Origin: Phycisphaerae bacterium
Lineage (GTDB): Bacteria > Planctomycetota > Phycisphaerae > UBA1845 > Fen-1342
Direction of reading: 5' to 3'
Length of the DNA: 64,000 nucleotides
Assembly (NCBI GenBank): GCA_050115495.1
Contig: JASFQK010000005.1
Coordinates: 64,001 to 128,000, forward strand
Shown: one piece after another, positions 44,138 to 53,242 of the stretch
How positions within the stretch are numbered: the first letter of the stretch is position 1
Layout of the letters: each line of letters starts with the position of its first letter
The notes under the pieces: model-generated
What the model was told of the DNA's origin: nothing
What the model saw: the letters and a program-made list of their open reading frames with translations, nothing else
Database searches by the model: none
Program-made: the position numbers and the translations under genes

Positions 44138-44974
44138 ATGGTCGAGCATCTGCGGATCACCGTTCTGGCCGAGAACACCGTCCGCGGGCGGGACCTGCTC
44201 GCCGAACACGGTCTCGCCCTCTGGGTGGAGGCGGATGATACGCGTCTGCTGTTCGATACCGGGCAGGGACAGGTGCTCGCTGCGAACGCGCGGGCACTTG
44301 GCATCGACCTGACCACCGCCCAACACGTCGTGCTCAGCCACGGGCACTACGACCACACCGGCGGCCTGGCGGCCAGCCTAGAGTTGTTCGCCCGGGCCAA
44401 GATCTACGCCCACTCCGCCGCGTTCCAGACACGCTACGGCTTTCGCGATGCGCACACGCCGACCGCCAACGGCATACCCATGTCCGGCCGGGCCGAGCTC
44501 GCCGGGCACGTCGTGGATGTCATCAGCACGGATGGCCACACACCGATCGCTCCCGGCATCTGGGCGACGGGCGAGGTCCCCCGCCACACCGACTTCGAAG
44601 ACACGGGCGGGCATTTCTACCTCGACACGGCTGCGACCACGCCCGACACGATCCCCGACGATCAGGCCCTGTACATCGAAACGCCGACGGGCCTCGTCGT
44701 GCTGCTCGGCTGCGCGCACGCCGGCCTGGTGAACACGCTCGATCACATCGCCACGCTCACCAAACGCCGCCGAGTCCGTGCCATTCTCGGCGGGACGCAC
44801 CTCGTCCGCGCCGCACCGGAACGGCTCACGAAATCCATCGCCGCCGTCCGCCGGCGGAAAGTGGAATTGATCGCCCCCGGACATTGCACGGGCCTGCCCG
44901 CTGTGGCCGCGTTTCACCGCGCCTTCCCCAGCCGATTCCGCGAGTTGTCGGTCGGTACCGTGCTGAAGCTGTAG
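44138..44974 (+). CDS. MBL-fold metallo-hydrolase
   Basis: AEHGL, LFDTG, LSHGHYDHTGG, GCAHAG, GGTHL, HCTG. Confidence 0.92.
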   Translation: MVEHLRITVLAENTVRGRDLLAEHGLALWVEADDTRLLFDTGQGQVLAANARALGIDLTTAQHVVLSHGHYDHTGGLAASLELFARAKIYAHSAAFQTRYGFRDAHTPTANGIPMSGRAELAGHVVDVISTDGHTPIAPGIWATGEVPRHTDFEDTGGHFYLDTAATTPDTIPDDQALYIETPTGLVVLLGCAHAGLVNTLDHIATLTKRRRVRAILGGTHLVRAAPERLTKSIAAVRRRKVELIAPGHCTGLPAVAAFHRAFPSRFRELSVGTVLKL

Positions 44975-44978
44975 CGCG

Positions 44979-45866
44979 TCAGCCAGCCGCGTCGACCATC
45001 GCCCGCAGCGCCGCGATGTGCGCCGGCGTCGTCCCGCAACAGCCGCCGATGACCCGGACGCCGAGCGCGATCAACTCTCGCGCCTTGTCGGCCATGAACT
45101 CCGGCGTCTCGGGATACACGGGCTCGCCGTCGCGAATCTGCGGCAGGCCGGCATTCGCCTGAATGATGAGCGGTAGGTCCGTCGCCGACCGGAACTCGCG
45201 GGCGATCTCCACCATCCGCTCGATCCCGTTGCCGCAGTTCGAGCCGACGAGATCCGCCCCGGCCGCCCGCAGTCCCTCCGCAGCCTTCCCCACGTTCACG
45301 CCCATCACGGTGTAGTACCCCCGCTTCGTCGCGTCGAACGTCATCGTGGCCATGACCGGCGTCGTTGGCGACGCTTCCTTCGCTGCCCGCACGGCGAGCG
45401 TCGCCTCGTTCAGATCGATCATGGTCTCGACGCAAACAACATCCACGCCGGCGGCGACCAGCGCGGCCATCTGCCGCCGATAGCTCGCCGACACCGCCTC
45501 CGGGTCGGCGTCGCCGTACGGCTTCAGGATCTTGCCGCTCGGCCCGCACGAGCCGGAGACGTACGCCCGCTCACCGACGGCCCGGCGGACGGCTTCGACC
45601 GCGTTGCGGTTGATCTCCTCCGCTTGCTCGTCGAGCCCGTACGCACTCAGCTTCAGCGGTGAACCGCCGAACGTGTTCGTCTGCACGACCTCCGCGCCGG
45701 CGGCGAGGTAGGCCGCGGCGATGCGTTCGAGCGTCTGCGGCTGCGACAGGTTGAGCGCCTCCGGGCACTGGCCGGCGGCGACGCCCTCCCGCATGAGCAT
45801 CGTGCCCATCGCCCCATCAGCCACCAACGGCCGCCCACTACGCACTCTTTCCAGAAACGGCGTCAT
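44979..45866 (-). CDS. Homocysteine S-methyltransferase domain protein (split MetH)
   Basis: DGAMGT, TNTFG, GSNC, NAGLP, GGCCGT. Confidence 0.92.
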   Translation of the reverse strand: MTPFLERVRSGRPLVADGAMGTMLMREGVAAGQCPEALNLSQPQTLERIAAAYLAAGAEVVQTNTFGGSPLKLSAYGLDEQAEEINRNAVEAVRRAVGERAYVSGSCGPSGKILKPYGDADPEAVSASYRRQMAALVAAGVDVVCVETMIDLNEATLAVRAAKEASPTTPVMATMTFDATKRGYYTVMGVNVGKAAEGLRAAGADLVGSNCGNGIERMVEIAREFRSATDLPLIIQANAGLPQIRDGEPVYPETPEFMADKARELIALGVRVIGGCCGTTPAHIAALRAMVDAAG

Positions 45867-45868
45867 GA

Positions 45869-46507
45869 TCAGTTCTTCCCGACGAGTTGCTTGACACGTT
45901 CGACCGCGTTGGCCGCATCATAGCCGTACGCGCTAGCCCCGATCTCCTCGGCGAACACCGCCGACACCGGCGCCCCGCCGACGATCGTCTTCACGCGGCC
46001 GCCAAGACCCTGCTCCTTCACGAGCGCCACCACGCGGCTCATCGCCGGCATCGTCGTAGTCAGCAGCGCAGACATGCCGATGATACCGGCGTCATGCTCG
46101 CGAGCCGCTTCGACGAAACGCTCCGGCGCGACGTCGTTGCCCAGGTCGATCACCTCGAAGCCCGCCCCGCGCAGCATCGTGCCGACGAGGTTCTTGCCAA
46201 TGTCATGCAGGTCGCCCTGCACCGAGCCCAACACGACCTTGCCCACCGCCGTCACACCAGCTTGTTCCAGCAACGGTCGCAACACATCCATCCCCGCGTA
46301 CATCGCCCGCGCCGCCAGCAGTACATCCGGCAGGAAGATCTCGTGCGCTTTGAACTGCGCCCCGACCACGTCCATGCCGGCGATCAGCCCCTCGTCCAGA
46401 ATACGTTTCGGCGGCAAACCCGCCGCCACGGCCGCTCGCGTCAGCTCCCCCACCTTCTCATCGTCCCCGCCCTGCAGCTCCTTCGCGATCTGGTTCAGCA
46501 CGTCCAC
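45869..46507 (-). CDS. Corrinoid (B12-binding) protein
   Basis: GDLHDIGKNLV, SALLTTT, GGAP; GTG start after GAGGAG. Confidence 0.92.
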   Translation of the reverse strand: MDVLNQIAKELQGGDDEKVGELTRAAVAAGLPPKRILDEGLIAGMDVVGAQFKAHEIFLPDVLLAARAMYAGMDVLRPLLEQAGVTAVGKVVLGSVQGDLHDIGKNLVGTMLRGAGFEVIDLGNDVAPERFVEAAREHDAGIIGMSALLTTTMPAMSRVVALVKEQGLGGRVKTIVGGAPVSAVFAEEIGASAYGYDAANAVERVKQLVGKN

Positions 46508-46533
46508 GGCGATCTCCTCGGCGGTTGGCCGAA

Positions 46534-47247
46534 TCACTCCGTCAGCAGCGACCGTATTCTCTCGCGGCAGCCCTGCGTCTTGCAGTACGGGCACGCCGGA
46601 TAGGCCATGTCGATCTGGTGCATGTCGCGGGGGCCGGCGAGGATCGCACCGGACACCGACTTCAGCGGTTCCATCAGGAAGCTGTCGCGCAACGTAATGC
46701 CGATGCGGCTCGGGTTCAGCCGGGCGAACAGGCGTTTCTGCCCGCTGATGTGCCAACCGCAGTAGCCGGGGCTGTAGCGCAGCACGCCGTCACCGGCCAG
46801 CAGCACTCCGCGTTCGGCCAGCGCGTGGCGGAAGCGCTGCTGCAACAATTCGCCCAACCGATCGGCCAGCGCCGACGCCGCCGAATCGAGCATCGCCCCG
46901 ACGGCCAGCTCGCGCGTCCCGAAACAGCGCCCGATCTCCTGGCTAACCTCGGCACCGCACGTCGCCGCGAAGAGGGCCACGTGCGTAATGCGCTCCATCA
47001 TGTCGCCGACGGGCGTGGCGTGCTCGTTGCGCCCCTCGCCGGTGTACAACTCGGCGAACTCAGCCAGCGTGATTTCGGCGACTACTCCCGCCGGCCGGCT
47101 CAACTCCGCCAGCCGGGCCAGCGCCGTGTCGTAGACCGCCGCCACGTCGCCGCGGAGCACCGTTCCCGGCGGAATACCCTGGTTGGCCAGAATCTCGTCG
47201 CGCCCCGGCGACGCTTCCTCTAACGTGAACTGGATAATGTCGTTCAT
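46534..47247 (-). CDS. B12-dependent methionine synthase reactivation-domain protein
   Basis: FAATCG, RYSPGYCGW, GITL..S.LM.PLKSVS; C-terminal CxxCxxxxC. Confidence 0.85.
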   Translation of the reverse strand: MNDIIQFTLEEASPGRDEILANQGIPPGTVLRGDVAAVYDTALARLAELSRPAGVVAEITLAEFAELYTGEGRNEHATPVGDMMERITHVALFAATCGAEVSQEIGRCFGTRELAVGAMLDSAASALADRLGELLQQRFRHALAERGVLLAGDGVLRYSPGYCGWHISGQKRLFARLNPSRIGITLRDSFLMEPLKSVSGAILAGPRDMHQIDMAYPACPYCKTQGCRERIRSLLTE

Positions 47248-48704
47248 CGCATCTCAGGCGGCAGCTTGTCCATCCCGTAACGCCGCGCTTCCTTCTCCAT
47301 TCGTTCCGTGAGCGCCGCTCGCACCGTGTCCGGCAGCGCCGGCGGCTCGTGCATCTCCAACAATCGTACCACCTCGCGATGGGCCCGCTCGCCGAGCGTC
47401 AGCCCGCCCTCTTCCTGCCAGCGCGAGCGGTTCGCCCGGTCGATCGTCGGCCCGGGCATGAAGTGCTCCTCGCGTAGGTACCGCCGGGTGTGCCGCGAGA
47501 TGAGCAGGTGCTGGTCGCGCAGCAACTCCTCGAAGTGCGGCAACGACGGGAAGTCCTCGCGCGGCTCGATACCGCGGCCGAGGCGCAGGGCCATGCCGCA
47601 GACCTCGTTGTCCAGGACCAGGTTCTCGAGGCTCATGCAGCTCTCGAAGTCCAGCATGCCCGGCCCTGAGACGCTGTTGATTCCGGCGAGCACGGCCAGC
47701 GTCGCCCCCATCGACGCTTCGAGACCGGCCTGGGCATCGAGCAGCTTCGCATCGCTGAGACCGATGTACGCCTGTGTCGGCAGGCCCAGGTACTTGCCGA
47801 TCTCGGCAGAGGCGCAGTCGATCATCATCGTTTCGATCGCGCCCATCGGCGTCGTTTCGTAGCGCACGTCAAAGATCGCCGGCGAGCCGCCGTAAAGCAT
47901 CGGCGCTCCGGGCTGGGCGCACTGGCTGATCACGACGCCACTGAGCGTCTCGGCCGTGTGCTGCACGAGCGAGCCGACCAGCGTCACCGGAGCGACGAAG
48001 CCCGACAGCGGCATCGAGATGAACTCGACGGGGATGAAGGCCCGGGCGCAGTCGACCACGTTCTGGCTGGTCACGTCACTCCACTTCAGCGGGGCCGTCG
48101 GACAGCACGAGAAGATGGTCAGCGGCTTGGCCCGCAGCGCTTCCGCCGAGCCGCGCACGGCGAGTTGCAAGTCGCGCATCACGCTGAACGCGTCGATGGT
48201 GAACGCTCCGGTCACGACCGGCTTCGGGCAGTTCATCAGCCCCAGGTACAGCCGAATGCTGTCGGAGATGCGCTGCGGTACGTCGCTGGGCACGACACAC
48301 GTCGACTGGGCGGCGATGTGCTCGAGCCCGCTGACCAGCCGGGCGAACTGCACGACATCGGTCGTCGTCGCCGCCCGCATGCGTCCGCTGGCGTAGTCGA
48401 GCACGTTGATGGCCGCCGATCCCGGCGTGAAATGGACGTTCTCGCCGCCGAGGTCGTGCGTCTGTTGGCCGAAGACGTCGTACAACGCGATGGATCGCGG
48501 CGCTGTCCGCAGGGCCTGGTCCACGAGCGCGTCGCCCAGCCGCGCCCGGCGTTTCTCGCGGTCGACCTCGGCCCCGTGCTCGGCGAGCAAATCGAGTACG
48601 GCGGAGTTGTGGATTTCGACGCCGAGCCGGGCGAGAACCGTGCGAGCCTCGCCGACGATGCGTTCGCGCAGCTCATCGCTCAGGAACCTGACCGCCGGTC
48701 TCAT
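47244..48704 (-). CDS. Trimethylamine methyltransferase (MttB) family, non-pyrrolysine
   Basis: APVTLVGSLVQHTAETLSG, PGAP..YG, GLSDAK..DAQAG.E, GML; no in-frame amber. Confidence 0.9.
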   Translation of the reverse strand: MRPAVRFLSDELRERIVGEARTVLARLGVEIHNSAVLDLLAEHGAEVDREKRRARLGDALVDQALRTAPRSIALYDVFGQQTHDLGGENVHFTPGSAAINVLDYASGRMRAATTTDVVQFARLVSGLEHIAAQSTCVVPSDVPQRISDSIRLYLGLMNCPKPVVTGAFTIDAFSVMRDLQLAVRGSAEALRAKPLTIFSCCPTAPLKWSDVTSQNVVDCARAFIPVEFISMPLSGFVAPVTLVGSLVQHTAETLSGVVISQCAQPGAPMLYGGSPAIFDVRYETTPMGAIETMMIDCASAEIGKYLGLPTQAYIGLSDAKLLDAQAGLEASMGATLAVLAGINSVSGPGMLDFESCMSLENLVLDNEVCGMALRLGRGIEPREDFPSLPHFEELLRDQHLLISRHTRRYLREEHFMPGPTIDRANRSRWQEEGGLTLGERAHREVVRLLEMHEPPALPDTVRAALTERMEKEARRYGMDKLPPEMR

Positions 48705-48877
48705 GGCCCATCACCTCCACACCCGGCCGCCCGGCCCGTCCCGCCGCCGGCGGCCGTCTCCGGAGATAGTACTCCCCACCCGGCCGATTGCCAGAACCGG
48801 CCACGTCGGCGGCCGGTTATACTGCCGCGACGGCCCGGGCGGACAGCGCCCGGGTCGAGATGAAAGGAGCCTCATCC

Positions 48878-49834
48878 ATGATGCGCTTCACGTGGCCGGT
48901 GCTCGCCGCCGGCGTGCTGCTCGGGTTGAGTTCGCTTGTCGCCACGGGGCAGACGCCTGATACGCCTCCGACCAAACAGCCCAGCGTGTACGACACGACC
49001 GCCAACGCCCGCGTGCAGATCGACGCCGCCCTCGCTCGGGCCAAGCGCGACAACCAGCGCGTGTTGGTCATGTATGGCGGGAACTGGTGCGGCTGGTGCA
49101 TCAAGCTCCACCACCTGCTGACGACCGATAAGACGCTGGCCCGCACGATGCTGTACGAATACCAGTGGGTGCTCGTCGACATCGGGCGGTTCGACAGGAA
49201 CGTCGACATCGCCGCGGGCTACGGCGCTGACCTCAAGAAGAACGGCGTGCCGTTCCTCACGGTGCTCGACGCCGACGGCAAGGTGCTCGCCAACCAGGAA
49301 ACCGGCGCCCTCGAAAAGGGTCCGCAGCACGATCCGGAAAAGGTCGCCGCCTTCCTCAACAAGTGGAAAGCCACACCGCTCGACGCCGGCAAGGTCGTCA
49401 CCGACGCTCTGGCCCGGGCCAAGGCTGACGACAAGCGGATCTTCCTGCACTTCGGCGCGCCGTGGTGCCGGTACTGCCGGCTGCTCGAAGAGTTCCTCGC
49501 TGTTCCCGACGTGGCCCGCCTGCTCGCCGAAGACTACATCGACCTCAAGGTCGACCTGGACCGCATGACCGGGGCCAACGAGATCGTCACCCGATTCCGC
49601 GATCAGTTGGGCGCCGGCATCCCCTGGATCGCCATCCTCGACGCCGAAGGCAAGGTGCTCGTCACGGCGGACGGGCCCGACGGCAACATCGGCTATCCCG
49701 TCACACCCGAGGAGATCAAGCACTTCCTCGATATGCTGAAGCAAACGGCCCGCCGCCTGTCCGCCGACGGCCAGCGCAAGATCGGCGAGATGCTCGAAGC
49801 TGCCGCCCGGAAGCTCCGCCGCCCGGCGCCGTAG
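48878..49834 (+). CDS. Secreted tandem thioredoxin-domain protein
   Basis: Signal peptide; WCGWC and WCRYC; GVP/GIP cis-Pro loops; AAGGAG RBS. Confidence 0.88.
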   Translation: MMRFTWPVLAAGVLLGLSSLVATGQTPDTPPTKQPSVYDTTANARVQIDAALARAKRDNQRVLVMYGGNWCGWCIKLHHLLTTDKTLARTMLYEYQWVLVDIGRFDRNVDIAAGYGADLKKNGVPFLTVLDADGKVLANQETGALEKGPQHDPEKVAAFLNKWKATPLDAGKVVTDALARAKADDKRIFLHFGAPWCRYCRLLEEFLAVPDVARLLAEDYIDLKVDLDRMTGANEIVTRFRDQLGAGIPWIAILDAEGKVLVTADGPDGNIGYPVTPEEIKHFLDMLKQTARRLSADGQRKIGEMLEAAARKLRRPAP

Positions 49835-49860
49835 CATCCCGGCGGTGTGGCAGCCATTCT

Positions 49861-49988
49861 GTAGCGTCCGGGCTCCGTACCGGACGTCTTCATGTTGTGG
49901 TGTGGCATGCCGAAGCGCAGCGCCGGCATGTGGCCCCTGACGCGAGAGGAAGACATGCCGGCGCCTGAGAGCTTCGGCATGCCACACC
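49861..49988. repeat. Cluster of REP-like palindromes
   Basis: GTAG-CGTCCGG..CCGGACG (49861-49886) and long inverted pair GGTGTGGCATGCCGAAGC..CGCCGGCATGT / ACATGCCGGCG..GCTTCGGCATGCCACACC (49899-49988). Confidence 0.7.
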
Positions 49989-50060
49989 CCGTGTCGGCCG
50001 CCAGCACGCGCCCGACCTCGCGCCTTCTGACTCCCGACTGCTGACTCCCCTCTTCCCCCC

Positions 50061-52688
50061 TCACACTCCCGCCAGCTGCTCGCGCAGCGCACGATAATCC
50101 GTCTTCCCCGTCCCCAGCACCGGGATCGACTCGAGCTGCACGACGCGACTGACATTGTGCAGCGCCGACAGCCCCGCCGCTCGAATGCGTGCATTGGCCT
50201 CGCTGCGTTCGACCGGCCGCACCGTGAACAGAACCAATTCCGGCCGCTCTTCGTCCGGCGTCGCGGCGACGGCCAGGACCGGCCCCTCGTCATCGTCGCG
50301 CACGTAGTGCTCTTCGAGCAGCGCCTCGATCGCCGGCAACGACACCATTTCGCCGCCGAGCTTCACGAAGCGCTTCAACCGCCCGCGGAACGTCAGCACA
50401 CCGGTTTCGTCGGCGCTGACCAAGTCGCCCGTACGATACCACTGCCGGCCAGCGAACTCGACGAACGGCGACGCCGCATCCTGCCCCAGGTAGCCACCGA
50501 ACACGCTCGGCCCGCGCACCAGCAGCATCCCCGGCGTCCCCACCAGCACCTCGCGCCCGGCCTCCTCGTCCACGATCACGTACTCCACCGACGGCAACAC
50601 CCGCCCGATCGTCAGCGGCTGCGCGTCTTCCTCGCAATTGACCGACACGATCGGCGAACACTCCGTCACGCCGTAGCCTTCGAGGATCTTCGACCCGGGG
50701 CAGCGCTCCCGCAGCGCCGCGTACGTCCGCTCCGGGCATTTCTCCGCCCCGGTGACCGCCAGCCGCAGCGAGGCAAGCTGCTCCCCGCGGGCCGCCCGCA
50801 CGATCCCCGCGAGAAACGTCGGTGTGCCCAGCATCAGGGTTGCCTTGTACGTCTCGATCAGCCGGGCGAGCACCCAGGCCTCCGTAGGGTTCGCGTGATG
50901 CACCGTGCGAATGCCGCCGAGCAGCGGCGCCAGCAGCGTCACCGTCAGCCCGAACGAGTGGAACGGCGGCAGGAACCCGAGCATGCGGTCACTCTCGCGG
51001 ATCGTCACCACCTGGAGGACGTCGCGCAGGTTCGTCAGGATGTTCTCGTGGCTCAGCGGCACCGCCTTGGGCACCGTCTCCGAACCACTGGTCACGAGGA
51101 TCGCCGCTGTGTCCGGCACGCGTGCCGCCCGTAGCGAGCGCCAGCTCAGATGAGCGCCGAGCCACGCCCGCAACCTGGCCAATCGCCCGATCCGTCGGCC
51201 GATGTCTTCGAGGAAGTCGAGGTGCTCCGTCAGTCCCGACAGGTCCACCCCCTGCGACGCCAGCCGTGCGACGAGCGCCCGCGCCGTGACCACGCGCTCT
51301 ACACTCGTCACCTCGAGCGCGTGCAGCATGTTCCGCGTTCCGGTCGTCCAGTTCACCAGCACGGGCACTTTACCGGCCAACAGCGTCGTCATGTACAGCA
51401 CGTCCGCCGCCACCGACGCCGGCAGCATGATCCCCAGGTGCTCGCCCGGCAGCTTCGCGATCTCCGGCCGCAGGGCCAGGATCGCCGTCACGATGTCCCG
51501 GTACGACTTCGCCCCGCTCGTCTGATCCGCAACGACCAGCTTCGCCGGCGATCGCCGCGCCTGCGCCAGGAAGACCTCGGCGACGGTTCGCCCCGGCGGT
51601 ATGTCGACCCCCGCCGGGCTGCCGTCGGCGAGCCACTTCGCCGGCGGCGGTCGCAGCTCCACCGGGCGTGTCACCACCGCCTCGCCCCGGGCGGCCAGCA
51701 TCACATCCGCCACGGTCACCAGCGCGTCCACGTCGCCGACGGAGAAACCGAACTCCTGCGCCAGCCAGAGCACGATCTCCGCTTTGCTGAGACTATCCAG
51801 ACCCAAATCCTCGGCGAGGCGGTCCTGGTCATCCACGGTTTCGACGCCGGCCGCCTCGCGCAAGTGCGCCCGGACGAGTTCGCGCGTCCCCTCGGGAACG
51901 CTCGACACGTCACCGCCGCGCCGTTCCAGGTCCGGCTCGGGCATCTCGCGCACGCCGCCGCGCTCCCAGATCGTGTAGGGCACGTACAGCGCGGGCGGGG
52001 CGTCCTCGTTGTAGTAGCTTTCGAGAAAGGCGTTCAGCTCCGCTCGACCCGCCGACCGCGGGAACGCTTCCGGCTCGTACAGCTCGAACTCGACCTCTCG
52101 CCGGGGAGCGAAGAAGATGAAGCTCTTCAGCAAGCCGATGGCCGCCCGGCGCACGCATTGCGCGACGTTGGGCACGTGCCCGCTGGCGAGGCCGAAGCTG
52201 CTACCCCACAAACCGCGCATCCGCACCAGCACGACGCGGACGTCAGGCAACTGGCGCAGGATGGTCTCGACGGCGCTGTTTCCGCGCAGATCCTCGTAGC
52301 GTGTGCGGTACACGTGCCCCGAGGGGTAGAGCACGAGGTTCTCCCCCCGGCGGAGCCCCTCCACGCACTCCGCGATGGTTGCTTTGACCTCCGCCCGAGC
52401 CGCTGGCCCTTCGGTGCGCACGTCGGAAATCGGGCGCACGCCCATCCGCCGAGCCAGTCGACGAATGAAGAACCGGTCGACCTGGTCCTTGTCGGCCAGC
52501 GCCCGCGGCGCAAAGTCCCCGTGCAGGTGGGCCATCACGATGATCGGGTCGATGTACGCCGGGTGGTTGGGTAGAAAGAGGATGCCGCGGTCGCCTCGTC
52601 GGTGGACGGCGTCGAGCCCGCGAACGCGCACGCGGTACCGCAAGCTCAGCATCAGCTTGACCCAGATCCGCAGCAGTGCGTTGATCAT
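50061..52688 (-). CDS. Aas-like fusion: acyltransferase - acyl carrier protein - AMP-dependent ligase
   Basis: NHPAYID and LYPSG (PlsC); DLGLDSL (ACP); TSGSETVPK, GYGVTE, YRTGD, GRLKRF, GKTDY. Confidence 0.92.
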   Translation of the reverse strand: MINALLRIWVKLMLSLRYRVRVRGLDAVHRRGDRGILFLPNHPAYIDPIIVMAHLHGDFAPRALADKDQVDRFFIRRLARRMGVRPISDVRTEGPAARAEVKATIAECVEGLRRGENLVLYPSGHVYRTRYEDLRGNSAVETILRQLPDVRVVLVRMRGLWGSSFGLASGHVPNVAQCVRRAAIGLLKSFIFFAPRREVEFELYEPEAFPRSAGRAELNAFLESYYNEDAPPALYVPYTIWERGGVREMPEPDLERRGGDVSSVPEGTRELVRAHLREAAGVETVDDQDRLAEDLGLDSLSKAEIVLWLAQEFGFSVGDVDALVTVADVMLAARGEAVVTRPVELRPPPAKWLADGSPAGVDIPPGRTVAEVFLAQARRSPAKLVVADQTSGAKSYRDIVTAILALRPEIAKLPGEHLGIMLPASVAADVLYMTTLLAGKVPVLVNWTTGTRNMLHALEVTSVERVVTARALVARLASQGVDLSGLTEHLDFLEDIGRRIGRLARLRAWLGAHLSWRSLRAARVPDTAAILVTSGSETVPKAVPLSHENILTNLRDVLQVVTIRESDRMLGFLPPFHSFGLTVTLLAPLLGGIRTVHHANPTEAWVLARLIETYKATLMLGTPTFLAGIVRAARGEQLASLRLAVTGAEKCPERTYAALRERCPGSKILEGYGVTECSPIVSVNCEEDAQPLTIGRVLPSVEYVIVDEEAGREVLVGTPGMLLVRGPSVFGGYLGQDAASPFVEFAGRQWYRTGDLVSADETGVLTFRGRLKRFVKLGGEMVSLPAIEALLEEHYVRDDDEGPVLAVAATPDEERPELVLFTVRPVERSEANARIRAAGLSALHNVSRVVQLESIPVLGTGKTDYRALREQLAGV

Positions 52689-53046
52689 GCCACCCTCTCC
52701 GGCCTCGCGTGTTCGACCGCGCTCCGCAGGCATCATACCGACGAGGCGGCCGGCGGTGGCGAGACCTGGCCCCCCAGATGGACGGCCGGAGCGCCAAAGC
52801 CGTCCGCGTCAGTAGGAATGGGGACGTAATCGCGTCATCCGACTCTCGCCGTCTCAAAGCATCGGGAGAACCAGTCATTCAAACTCCGGTTTTAAACGAC
52901 GAGCATAGCCCTTGTGTCAAAAGACGTTATGACGCAGCGCTCGATGCGGCCGCAACCAAAGCCGGTGCCAAACTTGACCGGAGCACCATTATAGATGAGA
53001 CTACACGTAGTTCTTCACATTTCGCGGTCAACCCAAATCGGTGGAT

Positions 53047-53210
53047 CGGGCACGGATGGAGGGCGTAGGTCGTCTGCGGGGGCGGCCGGCTGCCCCTTTG
53101 GCTGACGTTCCGGGGGCGTCACCAAAGGAGCGGTCGGTCTTTTTCAATCCCGTCAAAGAGCTGCGAACTGCATCGCCGCCGGCGCTAGCTTTGCGCCGCC
53201 GTCCGCCGAA
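53047..53210 (+). ncRNA. Candidate structured non-coding RNA (unassigned)
   Basis: About 26-bp inner hairpin 53084-53139 with several G.U pairs followed by a T-run, enclosed by outer arms 53053-53069 / 53189-53205; no credible CDS in the gap. Confidence 0.35.
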
Positions 53211-53242
53211 CATCAGTTGTCGAAGGAAGATCCCCCGCTGCG

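Noticed and set aside
47244..48704. Pyrrolysine recoding in MttB
   Set aside because: Uninterrupted ORF, no in-frame TAG, no pyl genes in the window
53047..53242. Retron msr-msd or c-di-GMP-I riboswitch
   Set aside because: No reverse transcriptase in the window; the minus-strand GCGCAAAGCTA resemblance lacks the GNRA-capped P2 stem
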